Part shown: positions 15,401 to 30,840 of the stretch, in pieces
Layout: each line of letters starts with the position of its first letter
Position numbering within the stretch: the stretch's first letter is position 1
DNA from: Bugula neritina
Lineage: Eukaryota > Animalia > Bryozoa
DNA length: 64,000 nucleotides
Direction: 5' to 3'
Assembly (NCBI GenBank): GCA_964035545.1
Contig: CAXIUT010000230.1
Location: 62,001 to 126,000, forward strand
Position numbers and translations under genes: made by a program
The notes under the pieces: model-generated
What the model saw: only the letters and a program-made list of their open reading frames with translations
Told to the model about the DNA's origin: nothing
The model's database searches: none

Positions 15401-18400
15401 GAAATATACTGCAACATACTGAAATACAGTGCTACATACTGAAATATACTGCAACATACTGCAACATACTGAAATACACTGTAACATACTGAAATACACT
15501 GCAACATACTACAACATATTGAAAGACACTGCAACACATTGAAATATACTGCAACATACTTAAATATACGGTAATATACAGAAATATACTGTAACACATT
15601 GAAAAACACTGCAACATACTGAAATACACTGCAACACACTGAAATACACCGCAAAATACTACAACATACTGAAATGCACTGTAACATATTGAAATACACT
15701 GCAACACATTGAAATATACTGCAATGTGCCGAAATATATGGTAAACTACAGAAATATACTGACACACATCGCAATATACTGTAACATACTGAAATATGCT
15801 GTAGCACACTGAAATACACTGCAACTCACCTAAATATACTGCAACATACTGAAATACACTGTAACATATTGAAATATACTGCAACATACTGCAACATACT
15901 GAAATACATTGCAACACACTGAAATACACTGCAAAACACTGTAACACACTGAAATATACTGCAATGTACCGAAATATATGGTGAACTACTGAAATATACT
16001 GTCACACATTGAAAAATACTGCAACATACTGAAATATACTGCGACACATTGCAATATACTGTAACATACTGACATATGCTGTAGCACACTGAAATACACT
16101 GCAACTCACTGAAATATACTGCAACACACTGCAACATACTGCAACATACTAAAATATACTGCAACATACTGAAATACACTGCAAAATACTGAAATACACT
16201 GTAACATACCGAAATATACTGCAACACACTGCAACATACTGCAACATACTAAAATACACTGTAACATATTGAAATACACTGCAACACAGTGAAATATACT
16301 GCAATGTACCGAAATATATGGTGAACTGCTGAAATATACTGTCACACATTGAAAAATACTGCAACATACTGAAATATACTGCGACACATTGCAATATACT
16401 GTAACATACTGAAATATGCTGTAGCACACTGAAACACACTGCAACTCACTGAAATATACTGCAACATACTGAAATACACTGTAACATATTGAAATATACT
16501 GCAACATACTGAAATACAGTGCTACATACTGAAATATACTGCAACATACTGCAACATACTGAAATACACTGTAACATACTGAAATACACTGCAACATACT
16601 ACAACATATTGAAAGACACTGCAACACATTGAAATATACTGCAACATACCTAAATATACGGTAATATACAGAAATATACTGTAACACATTGAAAAACACT
16701 GCAACATACTGAAATACACTGCAACACACTGAAATACACCGCAAAATACTACAACATACTGAAATGCACTGTAACATATTGAAATACACTGCAACACATT
16801 GAAATATACTGCAATGTGCCGAAATATATGGTAAACTACAGAAATATACTGACACACATCGCAATATACTGTAACATACTGAAATATGCTGTAGCACACT
16901 GAAATACACTGCAACTCACTGAAATATACTGCAACATACTGAAATACACTGTAACATATTGAAATATACTGCAACATACTGCAACATACTGAAATACATT
17001 GCAACACACTGAAATACACTGCAAAACACTGTAACACACTGAAATATACTGCAATGTACCGAAATATATGGTGAACTACTGAAATATACTGTCACACATT
17101 GAAAATACTGCAACATACTGAAATATACTGCGACACATTGCAATATACTGTAACATACTGACATATGCTGTAGCACACTGAAATACACTGCAACTCACTG
17201 AAATATACTGCAACATACTGAAATACACTTCAACACATTGAAATATACTGCAACATACTGAAATACAGTGCTACATACTGAAATATACTGCAACATACTG
17301 CAACATAGTGAAATACACTGTAACATACTGAAATACACTGCAACATACTGCAACATACTGAAATACACTGCAACACACTGAAATACACTGCAAAATACTG
17401 TAACACACTGAAATATACTGCAATACACTGCAACATACCGCAACATACTAAAATATACTGCAACATACTGAAATACACTGCAAAATACTGAAATACACTT
17501 TAACATACTGAAATATACTGCAACATACTGAAATACACTGCTACATACTGAAATATACTGCAACACACTGCAACATACTGCAACATACTAAAATACACTG
17601 TAACATATTGAAATACACTGCAACACATTGAAATATACTGCAAAATACTGAAACACACTGCTACATACTGAAGTATACTGCGACACACTGCAACATACTG
17701 CAACATACTAAAATATACTGCAACATACTGAAATACACTGCTAAATACTGAAATACACTGTAACATACTGAAACACACTGCAAAATACTACAACATATTG
17801 AAATACACTGCAATACATTGAAATATACTGCAACATACCTAAATATACGGTAATATACTGAAATATACTGTAACACATTGAAAAATACTACAAAATACTG
17901 AAATACACTGCAACATACTACAACATACTGAAATACGCTGTAATACATTGAAATACACTGCAACACCTTGAAATATACTGTAACTCGCTGAAACATACTG
18001 TAACTCACTGAAATATAGTGTAATATATGGAAATGTACTGTAAAATACTGGAATATACTGTAACACACTGAAATATACTGCAACATACTGAAATACACTG
18101 TAACATACTGAATTATACTGCAACATCCTGCAACATACTGAAATACACTGTAACATACTGAAATACACTGCAACACACTGCAACATACTGCAACATACTA
18201 AAATATACTGCAACATACTGAAATACACTGCAAAATACTGAAATACACTGTAACACACTGAAATATACTGCAACATACTGCAACATACTAAAATATGCTG
18301 CAACATACTGAAATACACTGCAAAATACTGAAATACACTATAACATACTGAAATATACTGCAATACACTGCAACATACCGCAACATGCTAAAATATACTG

Positions 18401-20144
18401 CAACATACTGAAATACACCGCAAAATACTGAAATACACTGTAACATACTGAAATATACTGCAACATACTGAAATACACTGCTACATACTGAAATATACTG
18501 CAACACACTGCAACATACTGCAACATACTAAAATACACTGCAACATAATGAAATACACTGCAACACATTGAAATATACTGCATGCAAAATACTGAAATAC
18601 ACTGCTACATACTGAAATATACTGCAACACACTGCAACATACTGCAACATACTAAAATATACTGCAACATACTGAAATACACTGCAAAATACTGAAATAC
18701 ACTGTAACATACTGAAATATACTGCAACACACTGCAACATACTGCAACACACTAAAATACACTGTAACATATTGAAATACACTGCAACACAGTGAAATAT
18801 ACTGCAATGTACCGAAATATATGGTGAACTGCTGAAATATACTGTCACACATTGAAAAATACTGCAACATACTGAAGTATACTGTAACATACTGAAATAC
18901 GCTGTAGCACACTGAAATACACTGCAACTCACTGAAATATACTGCAACATACTGAAATACACTGTAACATATTGAAAAATACTGCAGCATAGTGCAACAT
19001 ACTGAAATACACTGTAACATACTGAAATACACTGCAAAATACTACAACATATTGAAATACACTGCAACACATTGAAATATACTGCAACATACCTAAATAT
19101 ACGGTAAGATACTGAAATAAACTGTAACACATTGAAAAATACTGCAACATACTGAAAGATACTGCAAGATACTGCAACATACTGAACTACACTGTAACAT
19201 AATGAAACACACTGCAACATACTGTATTATACTGACATGCACTGGAACATATTGAAATACACTGCAACAAATTGAAGTATACTGCAACACACTGAAACAT
19301 ACGGCAACATACTGAAATATACTGCAACAGATTGATATATACAGCAACATACTGAAATATACTGCGAAACAATGCAATATACTGTAACATACTGAAATAT
19401 GCTGTAGCACACTGAAATACACTGCAACTCACTGAAATATCCCGCAACATCCTGAAATACACTGTAACATATTGAAATATACTGCAACATACTGCAACAT
19501 ACTGAAATACACTGGAACATATTGAAATACACTGCAACAAATTGAAGTATACTGCAACACACTGAAACACACTGAAATACACCGCAAAACACTACAACAT
19601 ACTGAAACATATTGCAACATACTGAAATACACTACTACATACTGAAATATACTGCAACATACTGCACCATACTGAAATACACTGTAACATACTAGAATAC
19701 ACTGCAACATACTACAACATATTGAAATACACTGCAACACATTGAAATATACTGCAACATACCTAAATATACGTTAATATACTGAAATATACTGTAACAC
19801 ATTGAAAAACACTGCAACATACTGAAATACACTGCAACACACTAAAATACACCGCCAAATACTACAACATACTGAAATGCACTGTAACATATTGAAATAC
19901 ACTGCAACACATTGAAATATACTGTAACATACCTAAATATACGGTAATATACCAAAATATACTGTAACACATTTAAAAATACTGCAACATACTGAAATAC
20001 ACTGCAACACACTGAAATACACTGCAAAATACTGTAACACACTGAAATATACTGCAATACACTGCAACATACTGCAACATACTAAAATATACTGCAACAT
20101 ACTGAAATACACTGCAAAATACTGAAATACACTTTAACATACTG
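9451..20144. repeat. Two tandem, apparently identical copies of a 5347-bp higher-order repeat (~9451-14797 and ~14798-20144)
   Basis: All markers recur at +5347: TGCA insertions 9639/14986 and 13232/18579, the 1-bp deletion 11753/17100, and ORFs 9588/14935 and 14495/19842 with identical translations. Confidence 0.93.
9673..11851. repeat. Tandem 1090-bp duplication inside unit X; the second copy carries a 1-bp deletion at ~11755
   Basis: ORF and variant pairs 9712/10802 and 10085/11175. Markers TGAAAGACAC, TGTGCCGAAA and TGACACACATCGC repeat at +1090. The same doublet recurs at ~15020-17198 and ~45014-47192. Confidence 0.9.
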
Positions 20145-23100
20145 AAATATACTGCAACATACTGAAATACACTGCTACATACTGAAATATACTGCAACAC
20201 ACTGCAACATTGTGCAACATACTAAAATACACTGTAACATATTGAAATACACTGCAACACATTGAAATATACTGCAAAATACTGAAATACACTGCTACAT
20301 ACTGAAATATACTGCGACACACTGCAACATACTGCAACATACTAAAATATTCTGCAACATACTGAAATACACTGTAACATACTGAAATATACTGCAACAT
20401 ACTGAAATACATTGCTACATACTGAAATATACTGCAACACACTGCAACATACTGCAACATACTAAAATATACTGCAACATACTGAAATATACTGCAACAT
20501 ACTAAAATACACTGTAACATATTGAAATACACTGCAACACATTGAAATATACTGCAATGTACCGAAATATATGGTAAACTACTGAAATATACTGTCACAC
20601 ATTGAAAAATACTGCAACATACTGAAATATACTGCGACACATTGCAATATACTGTAACATACTGAAATATGCTGTAGCACACTAAAATACACTGCAACTC
20701 ACTGAAATATACTGCAACATACTGAAATACACTTCAACACATTGAAATATACTGCAACATACTGAAATACAGTGCTACATACTAAAATATACTGCAACAT
20801 ACTGCAACATAGTGAAATACACTGTAACATACTGAAATACACTGCAACATACTACAACATACTGAAATACACTGCAACACATTGAAATATACTGTAACAT
20901 ACCTAAATATACGGTTATATACCAAAATATACTGTAACACATTTAAAAAAACTGCAACATACTGAAATACACTGCAACACACTGAAATACACTGCAAAAT
21001 ACTGTAACACACTGAAATATACTGCAATATACTACAACATATTGAAAGACACTGCAACACATTGAAATATACTGCAACATACCTAAATATACGGTAATAT
21101 ACAGAAATATACTGTAACACATTGAAAAACACTGCAACAGACTGAAATACACTGCAACACACTGAAATACACCGCAAAATACTACAACATACTGAAATGC
21201 ACTGTAACATATTGAAATACACTGCAACACATTGAAATATACTGCAATGTGCCGAAATATATGGTAAACTACAGAAATATACTGACACACATCGCAATAT
21301 ACTGTAACATACTGAAATATGCTGTAGCACACTGAAATACACTGCAACTCACTGAAATATACTGCAACATACTGAAATACACTGTAACATATTGAAATAT
21401 ACTGCAACATACTGCAACATACTGAAATACATTGCAACACACTGAAATACACTGCAAAACACTGTAACACACTGAAATATACTGCAATGTACCGAAATAT
21501 ATGGTGAACTACTGAAATATACTGTCACACATTGAGAAATACTGCAACATACTGAAATATACTGCGACACATTGCAATATACTGTAACATACTGACATAT
21601 GCTGTAGCACACTGAAATACACTGCAACTCACTGAAATATACTGCAACATACTGAAATACACTTCAACACATTGAAATATACTGCAACATACTGAAATAC
21701 AGTGCTACATACTGAAATATACTGCAACATACTGCAACATAGTGAAATACACTGTAACATACTGAAATACACTGCAACATACTGCAACATACTGAAATAC
21801 ACTGCAACACACTGAAATACACTGCAAAATACTGTAACACACTGAAATATACTGCAATACACTGCAACATACCGCAACATACTAAAATATACTGCAACAT
21901 ACTGAAATACACTGCAAAATACTGAAATACACTTTAACATACTGAAATATACTGCAACATACTGAAATACACTGCTACATACTGAAATATACTGCAACAC
22001 ACTGCAACATACTGCAACATACTAAAATACACTGTAACATATTGAAATACACTGCAACACATTGAAATATACTGCAAAATACTGAAATACACTGCTACAT
22101 ACTGAAATATACTGCGACACACTGCAACATACTGCAACATACTAAAATATACTGCAACATACTGAAATACACTGCTAAATACTGAAATACACTGTAACAT
22201 ACTGAAACACACTGCAAAATACTACAACATATTGAAATACACTGCAATACATTGAAATATACTGCAACATACCTAAATATACGGTAATATACTGAAATAT
22301 ACTGTAACACATTGAAAAATACTACAAAATACTGAAATACACTACAACATACTACAACATACTGAAATACGCTGTAATACATTGAAATACACTGCAACAC
22401 CTTGAAATATACTGTAACTCGCTGAAACATACTGTAACTCACTGAAATATAGTGTAATATATGGAAATGTACTGTAAAATACTGGAATATACTTTAACAC
22501 ACTGAAATATACTGCAACATACTGAAATACACTGTAACATACTGAATTATACTGCAACATCCTGCAACATACTGAAATACACTGTAACATACTGAAATAC
22601 ACTGCAACACACTGCAACATACTGCAACATACTAAAATATACTGCAACATACTGAAATACACTGCAAAATACTGAAATACACTGTAACACACTGAAATAT
22701 ACTGCAACATACTGCAACATACTAAAATATGCTGCAACATACTGAAATACACTGCAAAATACTGAAATACACTATAACATACTGAAATATACTGCAACAC
22801 ACTGCAACATACCGCAACATGCTAAAATATACTGCAACATACTGAAATACACTGCAAAATACTGAAATACACTGTAACATACTGAAATATACTGCAACAT
22901 ACTGAAATACACTGCTACATACTGAAATATACTGCAACACACTGCAACATACTGCAACATACTAAAATACACTGCAACATAATGAAATACACTGCAACAC
23001 ATTGAAATATACTGCATGCAAAATACTGAAATACACTGCTACATACTGAAATATACTGCAACACACTGCAACATACTGCAACATACTAAAATATACTGCA

Positions 23101-24240
23101 ACATACTGAAATACACTGCAAAATACTGAAATACACTGTAACATACTGAAATATACTGCAACACACTGCAACATACTGCAACATACTAAAATACACTGTA
23201 ACATATTGAAATACACTGCAACACAGTGAAATATACTGCAATGTACCGAAATATATGGTGAACTGCTGAAATATACTGTCACACATTGAAAAATACTGCA
23301 ACATACTGAAATATACTGTAACATACTGAAATACGCTGTAGCACACTGAAATACACTGCAACTCACTGAAATATACTGCAACATACTGAAATACACTGTA
23401 ACATATTGAAAAATACTGCAGCATAGTGCAACATACTGAAATACACTGTAACATACTGAAATACACTGCAAAATACTAAAACATATTGAAATACACTGCA
23501 ACACATTGAAATATACTGCAACATACCTAAATATACGGTAAGATACTGAAATAAACTGTAACACATTGAAAAATACTGCAACATACTGAAATATACTGCA
23601 ACATACTGAAATACACTGCAAAATACTGAAATACACTGTAACACACTGAAATATACTGCAACATACTGCAACATACTAAAATATGCTGCAACATACTGAA
23701 ATACACTGCAAAATACAGAAATACACTATAACATACTGAAATATACTGCAACACACTGCAACATACCGCAACATGGTAAAATATACTGCAACATACTGAA
23801 ATACACTGCAAAATACTGAAATACACTGTAACATTCTGAAATATACTGCAACATACTGAAATACACTGCTACATACTGAAATATACTGCAACACACTGCA
23901 ACATACTGCAACATACTAAAATACACTGTAACATAATGAACTACACTGCAACACATTGAAATATACTGCATGCAAAATACTGAAATACACTGCTACATAC
24001 TGAAATATACTGCAACACACTGCAACATACTGCAACATACTAAAATATACTGCAACATACTGAAATACACTGCAAAATACTGAAATACACTGTAACATAC
24101 TGAAATATACTGCAACACACTGCAACATACTGCAACATACTAAAATACACTGTAACATATTGAAATACACTGCAACACAGTGAAATATACTGCAATGTAC
24201 CGAAATATATGGTGAACTGCTGAAATATACTGTCACACAT

Positions 24241-27200
24241 TGAAAAATACTGCAACATACTGAAATATACTGCGACACATTGCAATATACTGTAACATAC
24301 TGAAATATGCTGTAGCACACTGAAACACACTGCAACTCACTGAAATATACTGCAACATACTGAAATACACTGTAACATATTGAAATATACTGCAACATAC
24401 TGAAATACAGTGCTACATACTGAAATATACTGCAACATACTGCAACATACTGAAATACACTGTAACATACTGAAATACACTGCAACATACTACAACATAT
24501 TGAAAGACACTGCAACACATTGAAATATACTGCAACATACCTAAATATACGGTAATATACAGAAATATACTGTAACACATTGAAAAACACTGCAACATAC
24601 TGAAATACACTGCAACACACTGAAATACACCGCAAAATACTACAATATACTGAAATGCACTGTAACATATTGAAATACACTGCAACACATTGAAATATAC
24701 TGCAATGTGCCGAAATATATGGTAAACTACAGAAATATACTGACACACATCGCAATATACTGTAACATACTGAAATATGCTGTAGCACACTGAAATACAC
24801 TGCAACTCACTGAAATATACTGCAACATACTGAAATACCCTGTAACATATTGAAATATACTGCAACATACTGCAACATACTGAAATACATTGCAACACAC
24901 TGAAATACACTGCAAAACACTGTAACACACTGAAATATACTGCAATGTACCGAAATATATGGTGAACTACTGAAATATACTGTCACACATTGAAAAATAC
25001 TGCAACATACTGAAATATACTGCGACACATTGCAATATACTGTAACATACTGACATATGCTGTAGCACACTGAAATACACTGCAACTCACTGAAATATAC
25101 TGCAACATACTGAAATACACTTCAACACATTGAAATATACTGCAACATACTGAAATACAGTGCTACATACTGAAATATACTGCAACATACTGCAACATAG
25201 TGAAATACACTGTAACATACTGAAATACACTGCAACATACTGCAACATACTGAAATACACTGCAACACACTGAAATACACTGCAAAATACTGTAACACAC
25301 TGAAATATACTGCAATACACTGCAACATACCGCAACATACTAAAATATACTGCAACATACTGAAATACACTGCAAAATACTGAAATACACTTTAACATAC
25401 TGAAATATACTGCAACATACTGAAATACACTGCTACATACTGAAATATACTGCAATACACTGCAACATACTGCAACATACTAAAATACACTGTAACATAT
25501 TGAAATACACTGCAACACATTGAAATATACTGCAAAATACTGAAATACACTGCTACATACTGAAATATACTGCGACACACTGCAACATACTGCAACATAC
25601 TAAAATATACTGCAACATACTGAAATACACTGCTAAATACTGAAATACACTGTAACATACTGAAACACACTGCAAAATACTACAACATATTGAAATACAC
25701 TGCAATACATTGAAATATACTGCAACATACCTAAATATACGGTAATATACTGAAATATACTGTAACACATTGAAAAATACTACAAAATACTGAAATACAC
25801 TGCAACATACTACAACATACTGAAATACGCTGTAATACATTGAAATACACTGCAACACCTTGAAATATACTGTAACTCGCTGAAACATACTGTAACTCAC
25901 TGAAATATAGTGTAATATATGGAAATGTACTGTAAAATACTGGAATATACTGTAACACACTGAAATATACTGCAACATACTGAAATACACTGTAACATAC
26001 TGAATTATACTGCAACATCCTGCAACATACTGAAATACACTGTAACATACTGAAATACACTGCAACACACTGCAACATACTGCATCATACTAAAATATAC
26101 TGCAACATACTGAAATACACTGCAAAATACTGAAATACACTGTAACACACTGAAATATACTGCAACATACTGCAACATACTAAAATATGCTGCAACATAC
26201 TGAAATACACTGCAAAATACTGAAATACACTATAACATACTGAAATATACTGCAACACACTGCAACATACCGCAACATGCTAAAATATACTGCAACATAC
26301 TGAAATACACTGCAAAATACTGAAATACACTGTAACATACTGAAATATACTGCAACATACTGAAATACACTGCTACATACTGAAATATACTGCAACACAC
26401 TGCAACATACTGCAACATACTAAAATACACTGCAACATAATGAAATACACTGCAACACATTGAAATATACTGCATGCAAATTACTGAAATACACTGCTAC
26501 ATACTGAAATATACTGCAACACACTGCAACATACTGCAACATACTAAAATATACTGCAACATACTGAAATACACTGCAAAATACTGAAATACACTGTAAC
26601 ATACTGAAATATACTGCAACACACTGCAACATACTGCAACATACTAAAATACACTGTAACATATTGAAATACACTGCAACACAGTGAAATATACTGCAAT
26701 GTACCGAAATATATGGTGAACTGCTGAAATATACTGTCACACATTGAAAAATACTGCAACATACTGAAATATACTGTAACATACTGAAATACGCTGTAGC
26801 ACACTGAAATACACTGCAACTCACTGAAATATACTGCACCCTACTGAAATACACTGTAACATATTGAAAAATACTGCAGCATAGTGCAACATACTGAAAT
26901 ACACTGTAACATACTGAAATACACTGCAAAATACTACAACATATTGAAATACACTGCAACACATTGAAATATACTGCAACATACCTAAATATACGGTAAG
27001 ATACTGAAATAAACTGTAACACATTGAAAAATACTGCAACATACTGAAAGATACTGCAAGATACTGCAACATACTGAACTACACTGTAACATAATGAAAC
27101 ACACTGCAACATACTGTATTATACTGACATGCACTGGAACATATTGAAATACACTGCAACAAATTGAAGTATACTGCAACACACTGAAACATACGGCAAC

Positions 27201-30200
27201 ATACTGAAATATACTGCAACAGATTGATATATACAGCAACATACTGAAATATACTGCGAAACAATGCAATATACTGTAACATACTGAAATATGCTGTAGC
27301 ACACTGAAATACACTGCAACTCACTGAAATATCCCGCAACATACTGAAATACACTGTAACATATTGAAATATACTGCAACATACTGCAACATACTGAAAT
27401 ACACTGGAACATATTGAAATACACTGCAACAAATTGAAGTATACTGCAACACACTGAAACACACTGAAATACACCGCAAAACACTACAACATACTGAAAC
27501 ATATTGCAACATACTGAAATACACTACTACATACTGAAATATACTGCAACATACTGCACCATACTGAAATACACTGTAACATACTAGAATACACTGCAAC
27601 ATACTACAACATATTGAAATACACTGCAACACATTGAAATATACTGCAACATACCTAAATATACGTTAATATACTGAAATATACTGTAACACATTGAAAA
27701 ACACTGCAACATACTGAAATACACTGCAACACACTAAAATACACCGCCAAATACTACAACATACTGAAATGCACTGTAACATATTGAAATACACTGCAAC
27801 ACATTGAAATATACTGTAACATACCTAAATATACGGTAATATACCAAAATATACTGTAACACATTTGAAAATACTGCAACATACTGAAATACACTGCAAC
27901 ACACTGAAATACACTGCAAAATACTGTAACACACTGAAATATGCTGCAATACACTGCAACATACTGCAACATACTAAAATATACTGCAACATACTGAAAT
28001 ACACTGCAAAATACTGAAATACACTTTAACATACTGAAATATACTGCAACATACTGAAATACACTGCTACATACTGAAATATACTGCAACACACTGCAAC
28101 ATTGTGCAACATACTAAAATACACTGTAACATATTGAAATACACTGCAACACATTGAAATATACTGCAAAATACTGAAATACACTGCTACATACTGAAAT
28201 ATACTGCGACACACTGCAACATACTGCAACATACTAAAATATTCTGCAACATACTGAAATACACTGTAACATACTGAAATATACTGCAACATACTGAAAT
28301 ACATTGCTACATACTGAAATATACTGCAACACACTGCAACATACTGGAACATACTAAAATATACTGCAACATACTGAAATATACTGCAACATACTAAAAT
28401 ACACTGTAACATATTGAAATACACTGCAACACATTGAAATATACTGCAATGTACCGAAATATATGGTAAACTACTGAAATACACTGTCACACATTGAAAA
28501 ATACTGCAACATACTGAAATATACTGCGACACATTGCAATATACTGTAACATACTGAAATATGCTGTAGCACACTGAAATACACTGCAACTCACTGAAAT
28601 ATACTGCAACATACTGAAATACACTTCAACACATTGAAATATACTGCAACATACTGAAATACAGTGCTACATACTAAAATATACTGCAACATACTGCAAC
28701 ATAGTGAAATACACTGTAACATACTGAAATACACTGCAACATACTACAACATACTGAAATACACTGCAACACATTGAAATATACTGTAACATACCTAAAT
28801 ATACGGTAATATACCAAAATATACTGTAACACATTTAAAAAAACTGCAACATACTGAAATACACTGCAACACACTGAAATACACTGCAAAATACTGTAAC
28901 ACACTGAAATATACTGCAATATACTGAAATACACTGCAAAATACTGAAATACACTTCAACATACTGAAATTTACTGCAACATACTGAAATACACTGCTAC
29001 ATACTGAAATATACTGCAACACACTGCAACATACTGCAACATACTAAAATACACTGTAACATATTGAAATACATTGCAACACATTGAAATATACTGCAAA
29101 ATACTGAAATACACTGCTACATACTGAAATATACTGCGACACACTGCAACACACTGAAATACACTGCAAAATACTGTAACACACTGAAATATACTGCAAT
29201 ACACTGCAACATACCGCAACATACTAAAATATACTGCAACATACTGAAATACACTGCAAAATACTGAAATACACTTTAACATACTGAAATATACTGCAAC
29301 ATACTGAAATACACTGCTACATACTGAAATATACTGCAACACACTGCAACATACTGCAACTTACTAAAATACACTGTAACATATTGAAATACACTGCAAC
29401 ACATTGAAATATACTGCAAAATACTGAAATACACTGCTACATACTGAAATATACTGCGACACACTGCAACATACTGCAACATACTAAAATATACTGCAAC
29501 ATACTGAAATACACTGCTAAATACTGAAATACACTGTAACATACTGAAACACACTGCAAAATACTACAACATATTGAAATACACTGCAATACATTGAAAT
29601 ATACTGCAACATACCTAAATATACGGTAATATACTGAAATATACTGTAACACATTGAAAAATACTACAAAATACTGAAATACACTGCAACATACTACAAC
29701 ATACTGAAATACGCTGTAATACATTGAAATACACTGCAACACCTTGAAATATACTGTAACTCGCTGAAACATACTGTAACTCACTGAAATATAGTGTAAT
29801 ATATGGAAATGTACTGTAAAATACTGGAATATACTGTAACACACTGAAATATACTGCAACATACTGAAATACACTGTAACATACTGAATTATACTGCAAC
29901 ATCCTGCAACATACTGAAATACACTGTAACATACTGAAATACACTGCAACACACTGCAACATACTGCAACATACTAAAATATACTGCAACATACTGAAAT
30001 ACACTGCAAAATACTGAAATACACTGTAACACACTGAAATATACTGCAACATACTGCAACATACTAAAATATGCTGCAACATACTGAAATACACTGCAAA
30101 ATACTGAAATACACTATAACATACTGAAATATACTGCAACACACTGCAACATACCGCAACATGCTAAAATATACTGCAACATACTGAAATACACTGCAAA

Positions 30201-30840
30201 ATACTGAAATACACTGTAACATACTGAAATATACTGCAACATACTGAAATACACTGCTACATACTGAAATATACTGCAACACACTGCAACATACTGCAAC
30301 ATACTAAAATACACTGCAACATAATGAAATACACTGCAACATATGAAATATACTGCATGCAAATTACTGAAATACACTGCTACATACTGAAATATACTGC
30401 AACACACTGCAACATACTGCAACATACTAAAATATACTGCAACATACTGAAATACACTGCAAAATACTGAAATACACTGTAACATACTGAAATATACTGC
30501 AACACACTGCAACATACTGCAACATACTAAAATACACTGTAACATATTGAAATACACTGCAACACAGTGAAATATACTGCAATGTACCGAAATATATGGT
30601 GAACTGCTGAAATATACTGTCACACATTGAAAAATACTGCAACATACTGAAATATACTGTAACATACTGAAATACGCTGTAGCACACTGAAATACACTGC
30701 AACTCACTGAAATATACTGCACCCTACTGAAATACACTATAACATATTGAAAAATACTGCAGCATAGTGCAACATACTGAAATACACTGTAACATACTGA
30801 AATACACTGCAAAATACTACAACATATTGAAATACACTGC
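24241..30840. repeat. Dispersed ~6.6-kb copy of window region 1-~6560 (offset 24240, then 24280)
   Basis: Shared rare variants: TACAATATAC (401/24641), TGAAATACCC (591/24831), TGCATCATAC (1801/26081). The offset changes by 40 because the first copy lacks four monomers near position 900. Confidence 0.9.
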
